Shown: one piece after another, positions 17,879-26,804 of the stretch
Layout: each line of letters starts with the position of its first letter
Numbering within the stretch: position 1 is the first letter of the stretch
Assembly: GCA_963665975.1 (NCBI GenBank)
Contig: OY762508.1
Span: forward strand, 916,585 to 980,584
Length of the DNA stretch: 64,000 nt
Direction of reading: 5' to 3'
From: Rhodothermales bacterium
GTDB lineage: Bacteria > Bacteroidota > Rhodothermia > Rhodothermales > Bin80
Translations under genes and position numbers: made by a program
Notes under the pieces: model-generated
Told to the model about the DNA's origin: nothing
Database searches by the model: none
Seen by the model: only the letters and a program-made list of their open reading frames with translations

Positions 17879-18697
17879 TCAGGGGGATTTGCGCGATAGG
17901 CTTGCCCGCAAGGCTCGGAGCTCGTCTCGCAAGGCGTCCACTTTGTCTTCCAGTTCGTCCGTGTTGTCTTGTACCATGGCATCGACGAACACGGCGTTCG
18001 CGATTGAGAGTCCGAAAAGCCCGCCGATCAGTACAGCTGCCGTGAAGTATAGTCGAAGTGTCAGGACGTAGCTGGCGGAGGCGCCGCGCGCGGCCAAGGT
18101 TTCGGGGATCTCGTACCAGCCTTCGATGGTGAAGACCTTGAAGAGCGAGTACATGGATCGGAAGGGGTCACCAAAGAACTCTGTTGCTATCTCCTGGTGG
18201 CCAAACAGCAACGTGGCCCCAAGGGCAAACACCAGGTTAAGGATCAGAAGCGCCAGAAATATGCCGACAGAAACCCGTATGGCACGCCAAACACTCTTGA
18301 ATATCCGTTCTGCATCCGGTACGAACCGCATAAGGCGGGCAAACCGGAAGAGCCGCCCCATGCGCAGAATCAGAACAAGCCCCAGATCAGCCAGCGCGCC
18401 GTTCATAAAAGGGCTGATCAGGAGCGGAAGCCCTCCCAGCACGACACAGAAGTCAAACGCATTCCACGGGTCGCTCCAGTAGGCGGCGAAGCTTCCGTCG
18501 CGCCGGATCTTGATGACGGCTTCCGCCATGAAAAAGATCAGGCAGATATAGTCGATCCAGAACAGCAAGATGCCGGCCGTCCCGTGCATCTCCGGAAACG
18601 CGTCCAGAAACAGGGTAACAGCATTGACCACGATTACCGTCAGCACGACGGGTTCCGCGATAATCCAGCTCCACGGACGTACTTCTTGGACAGGCAA
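17879..18697 (-). CDS. voltage-gated ion channel, bacterial NaV (NaChBac)-like, 6-TM with a C-terminal coiled coil
   Basis: S4 helix LRMGRLFRFARLMRF has Arg at every third position. Pore is FKVFTIEGWYE. The C-terminal coiled coil is DELEDKVDALRDELRALRASL. There is no in-frame ATG before S1. I list the TTG at 18697, which avoids overlap with the upstream gene; the longest ORF starts at the TTG at 18802. Confidence 0.8.
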   Translation of the reverse strand: MPVQEVRPWSWIIAEPVVLTVIVVNAVTLFLDAFPEMHGTAGILLFWIDYICLIFFMAEAVIKIRRDGSFAAYWSDPWNAFDFCVVLGGLPLLISPFMNGALADLGLVLILRMGRLFRFARLMRFVPDAERIFKSVWRAIRVSVGIFLALLILNLVFALGATLLFGHQEIATEFFGDPFRSMYSLFKVFTIEGWYEIPETLAARGASASYVLTLRLYFTAAVLIGGLFGLSIANAVFVDAMVQDNTDELEDKVDALRDELRALRASLSRKSP

Positions 18698-18711
18698 TAC
18701 AGCTCTTGCGA

Positions 18712-19023
18712 TCAGCCGAGTTTCAGTTCGGTGCGTGCCAAGTGCACGCCCTTGACCGTGGTATGAAGCGTTGCTCGGGCCGCCGGTCGGCCTGGTCCGC
18801 AATCCGATTCGACCACAAGCAGGTCGGCGGGCACGTGTCTCAGAAGCTGCCTGATCCGATCAGTGACAATATTCGGCGTCCCAATGAACCGATTCTTCAA
18901 CGGCGATGGTACCGGCGTGATCTCGCTGGCGAGACGCACTTCGGCCAACTCGCGGTTGCCAAGCTCCAAATGAATTTCATGCACGTTCACGTCCGAAATA
19001 TACGGAAAATGCGACGCATACAT
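18712..19023 (-). CDS. hypothetical protein (about 103 aa)
   Basis: ATG at 19023, 17 nt after the pepF stop on the same strand. The first ~70 aa have protein-like composition. I recognise no family. Confidence 0.4.
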   Translation of the reverse strand: MYASHFPYISDVNVHEIHLELGNRELAEVRLASEITPVPSPLKNRFIGTPNIVTDRIRQLLRHVPADLLVVESDCGPGRPAARATLHTTVKGVHLARTELKLG

Positions 19024-19039
19024 GCGATGGGAAACGGGA

Positions 19040-20842
19040 CTAGCTCTCCAGCTCTCTGGCCAGCGCTTCGGCCTGCTCGATGTGAGACTCAATGGCCCCT
19101 AGCCCCTGAATCCAAAAGCCCAGGTCCTGCAAGTCTATGCCAAGCCGTCCCACCAGAACATGCGGCCAATCGGAGCCTCCCGCCGTAAGTAGACCCAGAT
19201 ATTGCTCTGGAAAAGCATTCCGGTCCTCAAGATACCGCGCATATAGCGCCAGGACGAGCAGCTCGCCAAAGGCATAGGCGTATACATACCCCGGCGTATG
19301 CAGAAAATGCGGAATGTAGCTCCACCAACGCCGGTAGTGCTCTCCCAGTGTAACGCTGCCCTGGAACATGGCCTCCTGCGTCTCGATCCACAATGCATCG
19401 AGCGTGTCCGAAGACAGTTCACCGTGTTCTCGTCGATGGGTATGTATGCGATCCTCGAACCGATTCATCGCCACCTGCCTGAACACGGTTGCCAGCGTAT
19501 CATCAATCTTGGATATCAGAATGGAAAGCCTATCGGCAGGATCCTCCTCCTGTTGCATTAACCGCTCAAAGACGAGCATTTCACCAAATACCGAGGCGGT
19601 CTCCGCTGTTGTGAGCGGCGTGTCGGCATGTAGATAGCCCTGGGCTCGTGACAGATATTGATGTACACCGTGTCCCAGCTCATGGGCCAGCGTTTGCACG
19701 TCGCGCGCCTTGCCATTGTAATTGACAAGGACGTACGGATGCGCGCTCGGCACCGCACCATGGCTGAACGCCCCTCCCCGCTTGAATGGCAAAACTGGAG
19801 CGTCGATCCACCGCCGCTCGAAGAAGTACCCGGCAATCTTTCCCATGCGGCTATCGAAGGCAGTGTACGCGTCGAGCACCAGATCACGCGCCTCCTGCCA
19901 GGTATACCGCGAATCCGCCTCGCCTACGGATGCATAGCGATCGTAGTCGAAGAGCTCGTCCAGGCCCAGCAATCGCTTTTTCAGACGGTAAAAACGCGCC
20001 ACCAGGTCGTAACGTGAGTTGACAGCGCCAATCAGCGCATCAGCGGTCTCATCGGATATTTCATTGGCCAGATTTCGGCTCTTGATCCAATGAGGATACC
20101 CGCGCAGTCGGTCGCGGGAGGCCTTGTCGGCAAGTAACGTATTAAACACAAAAGTAAGCGTGTGCCCGGAAGCTTTTAACCCCTCCGTGAAGCTCAGGGC
20201 GGCCCGGCGCCGTACTTCGCGGTCTGACTCGTAGAGCTTGGACAGGATCTCCTGCTGCGTCAGCGCCGCGCCGTCGAATTCAAACCGCATGGCGCTGACC
20301 GTCTCGGTGAAAAACCGCGTCCATGCGCCAGGGCCGGTCACCGCGGCTTCGACCAAAATCTTTTCCTCCTTTTCAGTCAGCACGAACTGCTTGATGAGGC
20401 GCTCTCTCTCCAAGTGATGACGGAAAGGAGTCACCGACGGGGACTCCATGACCTGAGCGGCCTCTTCGTCGCCGAGATGGATCCACTCGAGTCCAAAAAA
20501 GAGAAGCTGCTGGCTGATTCGCGTATAGGCCTCACGAACTTTCTGGAGGAGGGCGCCGCGATCCGCGGCCGACGTATCCGTAGACCAGTGCAGGAAAACA
20601 TAGGTGTAGGCTCGTCCCGCTCGATCCTGAATAGCCTCGAACCGTCTGAGTGCTGCCGCCAACTCCTCTCCGCTGAGCGTGGAGACGCTCCCTCGGAAAT
20701 CCTCCGCGAATGTCGCCGCCTCTCGCTCCGCACGGGCGACATCGGCATGCAGCGCCTCCTCGTCCTCATAGAGGTCTGTCAGGTCCCAGCGAATGTCTTC
20801 CGCTCCCGTTACAAAGTCGTTCATCGTCGATTGCATTCTCAT
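19040..20842 (-). CDS. pepF: oligoendopeptidase F (M3B metallopeptidase)
   Basis: Zinc motif HELGHGVH, 600 aa length, and M3B-like N- and C-terminal helical regions. Confidence 0.9.
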   Translation of the reverse strand: MRMQSTMNDFVTGAEDIRWDLTDLYEDEEALHADVARAEREAATFAEDFRGSVSTLSGEELAAALRRFEAIQDRAGRAYTYVFLHWSTDTSAADRGALLQKVREAYTRISQQLLFFGLEWIHLGDEEAAQVMESPSVTPFRHHLERERLIKQFVLTEKEEKILVEAAVTGPGAWTRFFTETVSAMRFEFDGAALTQQEILSKLYESDREVRRRAALSFTEGLKASGHTLTFVFNTLLADKASRDRLRGYPHWIKSRNLANEISDETADALIGAVNSRYDLVARFYRLKKRLLGLDELFDYDRYASVGEADSRYTWQEARDLVLDAYTAFDSRMGKIAGYFFERRWIDAPVLPFKRGGAFSHGAVPSAHPYVLVNYNGKARDVQTLAHELGHGVHQYLSRAQGYLHADTPLTTAETASVFGEMLVFERLMQQEEDPADRLSILISKIDDTLATVFRQVAMNRFEDRIHTHRREHGELSSDTLDALWIETQEAMFQGSVTLGEHYRRWWSYIPHFLHTPGYVYAYAFGELLVLALYARYLEDRNAFPEQYLGLLTAGGSDWPHVLVGRLGIDLQDLGFWIQGLGAIESHIEQAEALARELES

Positions 20843-20954
20843 TATCCCGTTATTGATCGGCTACTCGGCGCCCGGCGGCGTAGAACATTCACCGTGGGGA
20901 TTTGTTGTCTTTAATGAGGTCCATCCCACGCATCTACTCCGGCGTCCGTCCTGC

Positions 20955-21524
20955 ATGAAGTGCCGTTGTCTCTGCCTGATTATCGGACTGGTTCTTGCCG
21001 CGTGCGACACACCCAGGATTCCTCCGGTGGAGCCGGCTGAGATCAGGTTACAGGCCGACGTGCAGACCGATACAACCCGGCAGGGCCCGGCTCCCGACTT
21101 CGTGCTGCCCACGCTGGAGGGCGACTCACTGCGACTCTCTGACTTTCGTGGACAGGTTGTAGTCCTCAACTTCTGGGCTACATGGTGCGCCCCGTGCAGA
21201 ACGGAAACTCCGGCGTTAATTGCCCTGCACAATGCCCTGGAGCCGTACGGACTAACCGTCATCGGCGTCGCACTGGACTCCCCGATGCCGCTGTCCACCA
21301 CCGAGCCTAAGGAGCTAGTCGGACTGTTCACGGAGCGCCTCGGGGTACCCTACCCAATTCTGCTTGGCACGAGAGCGGTGACGGAAGCCTACGACGGTGT
21401 GTGGACCCTGCCCACGACCTATATCATCGACCAGAAGGGACAGATCGTTCTCAGAGTGATGGGAATGCTGCCTGTGGATGAAGTCCGGCCAACGCTGAAC
21501 GCATTGCTCGGCGTAACGGACTAG
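20955..21524 (+). CDS. TlpA/ResA-like thiol-disulfide oxidoreductase lipoprotein
   Basis: Lipobox LVLAAC, thioredoxin active site WATWCAPC, and LNFWATWC context. I chose the ATG at 20955. Confidence 0.85.
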   Translation: MKCRCLCLIIGLVLAACDTPRIPPVEPAEIRLQADVQTDTTRQGPAPDFVLPTLEGDSLRLSDFRGQVVVLNFWATWCAPCRTETPALIALHNALEPYGLTVIGVALDSPMPLSTTEPKELVGLFTERLGVPYPILLGTRAVTEAYDGVWTLPTTYIIDQKGQIVLRVMGMLPVDEVRPTLNALLGVTD

Positions 21525-21563
21525 GATAGCCAGTACACGCGGGCACTTCTGGAGCCGGGACAC

Positions 21564-23336
21564 CTATTCGCCGCTGCGATACCGCTCAAAATATGTGCGA
21601 GCCTCTGTCGTGTCGCCTTGAAGAACGAGCAGACGGGCCTTATTGAATAGCATCACCTTTGAGGTCGGATCACGCGCTTCGACGCGGGCAAGCAGTGCCT
21701 CGGCCACGGTCATCCAACCCTGGCATATCCGTATGGCGGCCAACAGATTCAGGTAATCTATGCCGCCGGTCGCACGGACCGCAATCTGCGCCAGATCCGC
21801 CACGAGGGGCTCGCACGATCGGTCCGTATGTGCAAAGCCTATCGCCTCTTGCATTAACGATGCGTTGAACGGCTGCCAGTACAGGAGCGAGCGGTAAGAC
21901 AGTAATGCGGCGAGGGTGTCTGATCTGCTACGCGCCAAGCGCGTAGCCTCAAGAAGCACCTCGGGGGGTGTCTTCTCCAACGTGACGAGCACGGCCCCCA
22001 GCGAGTCTGCCCACCTCCGGGATGCCAGGTATGCCTGGAGCAGGGCGCGAAATTTCTCCGCCTGGTGCTCGGCGTCCGCCACCTTGTCAAAGGGATACCC
22101 CCCCTTGAGACGCAGGATCTGCAGCATTGCATGAGCCTCGTCAACAGGATCAATGGCCGCAGTCGCAGCAATGCCCGGCTCTGCGGGCAACATCAAGCGC
22201 GGGTGCTGACGCAATGCCTCAAAAAAGCGATCGGCCATCAGCGCATACCCGCGGGCATTCGGGTGCAAGTGATCAGTAAACAGGTCGCTTCCCTCCACGC
22301 CCTGCGGGCTGGCGTTCCGAAACGCGGCGGCGATATCTACAAGCGTGACGCTCGCTTCGTGGGCAAACCGTCGGATGGCGCCATTCATCGCCCCCGGCGC
22401 ACGAAAGCGGATATCATCGTGCTCTACCGATTCCAGGAAGGCGTGTCGCGCCTGCACCGTGTCTCCCTGCATTATATGCTCACGCCCCTGATCATAGGCC
22501 GCGACCGCGCCCATATCCTCACCAAGAGGTGGCTGGTCGCGCAGGTTGGCGACAAGCATACCAATGTATACCGGTACGCCGCGGCGACGAAACGTGCCCA
22601 GCACATCCTCCATGTTTGCTTCGAACTGCCTGACGCCCGCATGATACACCCTTCCGTCCAGAGCGATCGTCGCATCGCGAACAACCCGAGCCATCATCGT
22701 GCGGTCTAAACCAGGCGGCGCGGCGACCTGAGAACCCACGGCCAAGAGCCGCTCTACCAACGTGTACAGGACAGTGCGCTTCAGACGAAGCATCAGCCGC
22801 TTTAGAATGCGCCGATTCCCGAGCGTGTACACCGAACTCCCGGCGCCGAAGGCTCCATAATATTCGTTGTGCCCTGCATAGATGATGATGGCGTCTGGTT
22901 CGGCGCGTGCAACAGCATCCTTGAGGTCCCACAGCGTGTAGCTGTTGACAGCAGTCATGCCAAGATTGATAACCTCGATATGCCGGTCAGGGGCATGCGC
23001 CTGCAGGCGCGCGCCCAGCCGCCCCGGAAAGCCATGGTAGAACTGGTAGGGGAAGCCAGCGGTCGTACTTCCCCCCAGCACAAATACCCGGAATGTCTCC
23101 GCACTCTTGCTTTTCAGGAAAGGGTTAAAGGCTACTGAGGGCTCGAAGGTGTGGAAATACCTACGTGCATATTGGGGATTGATCGTTAAGTAATCAGGCT
23201 GTCCCGGCAGCGCCGTGAACACTTCCCGGGTGTCTCTTGCTACCCCGGCCAGGCGCAGGAGCCCTTCGGTCGCCACCAGCAGCATGAGTGGCAGACAAAT
23301 CGCTGCCACCCGAAATATTATAGCCTTGCCATTCAT
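21564..23336 (-). CDS. SGNH/GDSL-like hydrolase with a C-terminal TPR-like region
   Basis: N-terminal TM helix, FVLGGSTTAG (a GDS-like block) and the ...YAGHNEYYG block, followed by a helical repeat tail. An alternative GTG start lies at 23342. Confidence 0.65.
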   Translation of the reverse strand: MNGKAIIFRVAAICLPLMLLVATEGLLRLAGVARDTREVFTALPGQPDYLTINPQYARRYFHTFEPSVAFNPFLKSKSAETFRVFVLGGSTTAGFPYQFYHGFPGRLGARLQAHAPDRHIEVINLGMTAVNSYTLWDLKDAVARAEPDAIIIYAGHNEYYGAFGAGSSVYTLGNRRILKRLMLRLKRTVLYTLVERLLAVGSQVAAPPGLDRTMMARVVRDATIALDGRVYHAGVRQFEANMEDVLGTFRRRGVPVYIGMLVANLRDQPPLGEDMGAVAAYDQGREHIMQGDTVQARHAFLESVEHDDIRFRAPGAMNGAIRRFAHEASVTLVDIAAAFRNASPQGVEGSDLFTDHLHPNARGYALMADRFFEALRQHPRLMLPAEPGIAATAAIDPVDEAHAMLQILRLKGGYPFDKVADAEHQAEKFRALLQAYLASRRWADSLGAVLVTLEKTPPEVLLEATRLARSRSDTLAALLSYRSLLYWQPFNASLMQEAIGFAHTDRSCEPLVADLAQIAVRATGGIDYLNLLAAIRICQGWMTVAEALLARVEARDPTSKVMLFNKARLLVLQGDTTEARTYFERYRSGE

Positions 23337-23378
23337 ATCCACTCAGTTGCAGAATCAGACAACAGAACCTACCTTTGC

Positions 23379-23390
23379 GAAAACGTTTTC
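23379..23390. promoter_or_regulatory. candidate LacI-family operator (perfect 12-bp palindrome GAAAACGTTTTC)
   Basis: Perfect palindrome with a central CG. It fits the general LacI/CcpA-type half-site AANCG|CGNTT. It lies 48 nt upstream of the lacI-family ATG and about 40 nt from the divergent SGNH gene start. Confidence 0.5.
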
Positions 23391-23438
23391 ATGATACTTC
23401 GCACTCACCGCACCTAAACTTACGACTACGATTGGATT

Positions 23439-24443
23439 ATGGGGGTTACGATTCGTGATGTGGCTCAGCACGCCGGTGTGTCGATTTCTACGGTCTCCCG
23501 CGTGTTGAACCAAACGGCTCCCGTCAACCCGGAAAAGCATCGCCGGGTCATGACGGCCGTCGATGCACTTGGCTACAGCCCCAATCCAGTAGCCATAAGC
23601 CTGCTAAAGCAGGCCACGGGGATCGTGGGCGTCGTCCTTCCATCGATCAGTGGAGAGTTTTTTGCAGAACTTCTCCTTGGATTGGATGACACCGTGCAGG
23701 AGCACGGATACCTGCTGTTGGTATCGGCCTCACACCGCCACGAGGCCGAATTCAAGGCCGCCTTAAAGAGCATATCACGACGCGTGGACGGCTTTCTGAT
23801 CATGGCGCCTGAAATTACGCCGAAAATAGCGCACGAACTCTTGGAAGAAGACATCCCGGTAGTATTCGTGAACACGCCGGTGGACGACGACATGTTCGAT
23901 GTTATCCATTTTGATAACTATGGGGGCATGTATGCCTTGACAAGCCATCTGCTTGAGCGTGGGCACCAACGTATAGCCTTTATCAAGGGACCAACCGCAG
24001 CGTATGATGCGCAGGACCGCTTGCGCGCATACCGGGACGCCATGCGGCAATTGGGCGGCGAGTACGTGGAGGCTCTTGAATTCGACGGCGACTTTTCTGC
24101 CGAATGCGGATATCGTGCTGCCCAACTGCTCATGCAGTCCGATCCGCAAGCCACTGCCCTCATTGCGGCCAATGACTTGTGCGCACAAGGAGCGCTGCGC
24201 TACCTCCTGCTGGCTGGCGTACGCGTGCCGGAAGACATGGCCCTTGCAGGATTTGACGATATCCCCAGCGCCCGCTATTCTACGCCTTCGCTCACAACAG
24301 TCCGAGTACCCATCCGTAACATTGCCATGCAAGTCGTGCATCACCTCATCGCCCGGATCAGTGATCCGGGCGCCTGTTCCCGGCGCCACCACTGCCATCC
24401 CGTTAACCTTGTAATTCGCGAGTCCTCGGGTTCCGCGCACTAA
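23439..24443 (+). CDS. LacI family transcriptional regulator
   Basis: N-terminal HTH VTIRDVAQHAGVSISTVSRVLN followed by a periplasmic-binding-protein-like sugar-binding domain. Confidence 0.92.
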   Translation: MGVTIRDVAQHAGVSISTVSRVLNQTAPVNPEKHRRVMTAVDALGYSPNPVAISLLKQATGIVGVVLPSISGEFFAELLLGLDDTVQEHGYLLLVSASHRHEAEFKAALKSISRRVDGFLIMAPEITPKIAHELLEEDIPVVFVNTPVDDDMFDVIHFDNYGGMYALTSHLLERGHQRIAFIKGPTAAYDAQDRLRAYRDAMRQLGGEYVEALEFDGDFSAECGYRAAQLLMQSDPQATALIAANDLCAQGALRYLLLAGVRVPEDMALAGFDDIPSARYSTPSLTTVRVPIRNIAMQVVHHLIARISDPGACSRRHHCHPVNLVIRESSGSAH

Positions 24444-24469
24444 GAGTTTCCACCTGATTCGATTCCACC

Positions 24470-25189
24470 ATGAGACCGAAGCATGTAGCCGTCACTGCGT
24501 TCATTGTAGGCTTGTTCTTGCCCGCCGCACGCCTGGCGCAGGACTGGTGCCTGATCTGGTCCGGTGATTTTGACCATACAGGCGTACCTGACGATACCCG
24601 CTTGGATTATGACGTCGGAGGACACGGACGGGGCAATCAGCAGAGCCAGTACTATACGCGTGATCGGATCCGGAATGCCCGCGTGGCCTCCAGAGCGGTT
24701 GGCGGCAAGTTTGCACTGGAAATGGGCGGTGTGAATATAGCCGAAGATATCTCGCTTCCGAGCACCAGCGGGTGGCAATACTGGGTCACGGTGCGCAAGG
24801 AGGATGTGCACCTGAATGAAGGGCAGGGCATCCTGCGCCTCCGTTTCAGAGCCTGTGACTTCAATGTCAACAAACTCATATTCACCTTGGTGCGGGTCAC
24901 GGACACGAATAAGGACACCGTGCCGGAATCGTTTGACCTGTCAGCAAACTACCCCAACCCGTTCGGGTCCGAAACGCGCATCACCTACACCATACCACGC
25001 ACGACCACCGTTACGCTGGACTTGTACAACGCCCTCGGCCAACACGCGACGACGCTCGCTAATGGAATGCATCAGCCGGAACGGTATCACATCAGCGTTG
25101 ACGGGCGATCGTTGCCTCAAAGAGTGTATTCGTACCGACTCCACACTCCAGGAGCATACCGTATGCGCGTGATGACACGGCTTCCCTGA
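24470..25189 (+). CDS. internally deleted GH16 laminarinase remnant: signal peptide, about 50 aa of GH16 N-terminus, CBM6-like tail and T9SS C-terminal domain. Probably non-catalytic.
   Basis: LIWSGDFD...DYDVGGHGRGNQQSQYYTRDRIRNARV corresponds to the GH16 block WSDEFD...GHGWGN.ELQYYT...NARV. No ExDxxE catalytic strand follows. Instead the sequence continues ...STSGWQYWVTV...LRLRF...FNVNKLIF (CBM6-like end), then NYPNPFGSETRITYTIP...VYSYRL...MTRLP (T9SS CTD). Confidence 0.65.
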   Translation: MRPKHVAVTAFIVGLFLPAARLAQDWCLIWSGDFDHTGVPDDTRLDYDVGGHGRGNQQSQYYTRDRIRNARVASRAVGGKFALEMGGVNIAEDISLPSTSGWQYWVTVRKEDVHLNEGQGILRLRFRACDFNVNKLIFTLVRVTDTNKDTVPESFDLSANYPNPFGSETRITYTIPRTTTVTLDLYNALGQHATTLANGMHQPERYHISVDGRSLPQRVYSYRLHTPGAYRMRVMTRLP

Positions 25190-25216
25190 TCAGCGCTCCT
25201 TACACACCTTCCTACC

Positions 25217-26788
25217 ATGACCAATAAGATTTATGTCGCGCGAACGGCACTGATCGTCGCTCTCGGCGGATTCCTGATGGGATTTGACGCATCGGTTATT
25301 TCCGGAGTCGTGAAATTCATCGAACTGGAGTTCTCACTGACCAAGTTGCAGTTAGGATGGGCGGTCAGCTCTTTGACACTGACGGCTACGCTGGCCATGA
25401 TGGCGGCCGGACCCCTGAGCGATGTCATCGGGCGGAGAAAAGTCCTCTATGGCGCAGCTGTGCTGTATGCTGTTTCCGCCATCGGCTCGGCCATTGCGCC
25501 GACATTCTGGTTCCTGGTGGTGGCACGTATGATCGGGGGACTCGGCGTCGGCGCGTCGCTGATTATCGCGCCCATGTACATCGCGGAGATTGCGCCGCCT
25601 CAGATGCGCGGCCAGTTGGTGTCGTTCAATCAACTAAACATTGTGGTCGGTATCTCGGTAGCCTTCTTCACCAACTATCTGATCTTGCAACTCGGCAAAT
25701 CGGAGGCTGTCTGGGCGCAGGAGCTTATGTTCGGCCCATACAACTGGCGCTGGATGCTGGGCCTGGAGACACTCCCGGCCATACTCTACTTTTTCAGCCT
25801 GTTCGCCGTCCCTGAAAGTCCGCGGTGGCTCGTCATGAAGGGCCGCGACGCAGAGGGGCTCGCGATCATGACGCGTGCGAGCGGCGCAGAAGTTGCCCGC
25901 AAGGATCTCGTGACCGTCAAGGCAAGTCTGGCCAAGGATGCCCACAAGGAAAAAGCCAGACTGTCTGTGCTCTTCGCGCCTGCGATGCGCCTGGTGCTGC
26001 TTATCGGCATCGTAATCGCTGTCATACAACAGATTACGGGGATCAATGCGGTCTTCTTCTACGCCCCGATGATCTTCGAGCAATCCGGCATTGGCACCGA
26101 TGCCTCGTTCGTCCAGGCCATATTGGTGGGCATCATAAATCTCGTCTTCACGGTCGTCGCCATTTCATTGGTGGACCGGCTCGGGCGCAAGCCGCTGTTG
26201 GTGTTTGGCCTGAGCGGTATTACGGTTGCGATGATCGTTTTGGCCTTCGGGTTCTATTCGGCCACCTACACACTTACGCCAGAAGCCCTCGCCTCGCTAC
26301 CAGAGGAGGTTCCCGTAGAGCAACTGTCCACCCTTGAAGGGCAGACCTTTGGGCAGGATGTGGCCTACAAGACGGCGCTCCGCGAAACGCTCGGCCACTC
26401 GACAGCGCAGCAGTTCGAATCGGAACTGATCACCGCCGCCATCCGCATGAACCCGGCGCTGATCCTGTTCGGCATACTGGGATTCGTGGCATCGTTTGCC
26501 GTATCCACCGGCCCCGTGATGTGGGTGCTGTTTTCCGAACTGTTTCCGAATCGTGTGCGGGGACTCGCCATTTCCTTCGTGGGACTTATCAACTCAAGCA
26601 TAAGCTTCCTTGTGCAGCTGGTGTTCCCGTGGGAGCTGGACAATTTCGGTAGTGCGCTCACCTTTCTCCTCTACGGCATCTTCGCTGCATTGGGATTGAT
26701 TTTCGTGTTGAAGGTGCTCCCGGAGACGAAGGGGAAGTCGCTCGAAGAACTCGAATCTATTCTGGTCCAGGACCAGAGTCCTCACTGA
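25217..26788 (+). CDS. MFS sugar porter family transporter
   Basis: Sugar-porter motifs DVIGRRKVL, PESPRWL and PETKGKSLEELE, with 12 predicted TM helices and a ~60-aa hydrophilic insertion in the C-terminal half. Confidence 0.9.
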   Translation: MTNKIYVARTALIVALGGFLMGFDASVISGVVKFIELEFSLTKLQLGWAVSSLTLTATLAMMAAGPLSDVIGRRKVLYGAAVLYAVSAIGSAIAPTFWFLVVARMIGGLGVGASLIIAPMYIAEIAPPQMRGQLVSFNQLNIVVGISVAFFTNYLILQLGKSEAVWAQELMFGPYNWRWMLGLETLPAILYFFSLFAVPESPRWLVMKGRDAEGLAIMTRASGAEVARKDLVTVKASLAKDAHKEKARLSVLFAPAMRLVLLIGIVIAVIQQITGINAVFFYAPMIFEQSGIGTDASFVQAILVGIINLVFTVVAISLVDRLGRKPLLVFGLSGITVAMIVLAFGFYSATYTLTPEALASLPEEVPVEQLSTLEGQTFGQDVAYKTALRETLGHSTAQQFESELITAAIRMNPALILFGILGFVASFAVSTGPVMWVLFSELFPNRVRGLAISFVGLINSSISFLVQLVFPWELDNFGSALTFLLYGIFAALGLIFVLKVLPETKGKSLEELESILVQDQSPH

Positions 26789-26804
26789 TTAACACTACTT
26801 CGCT

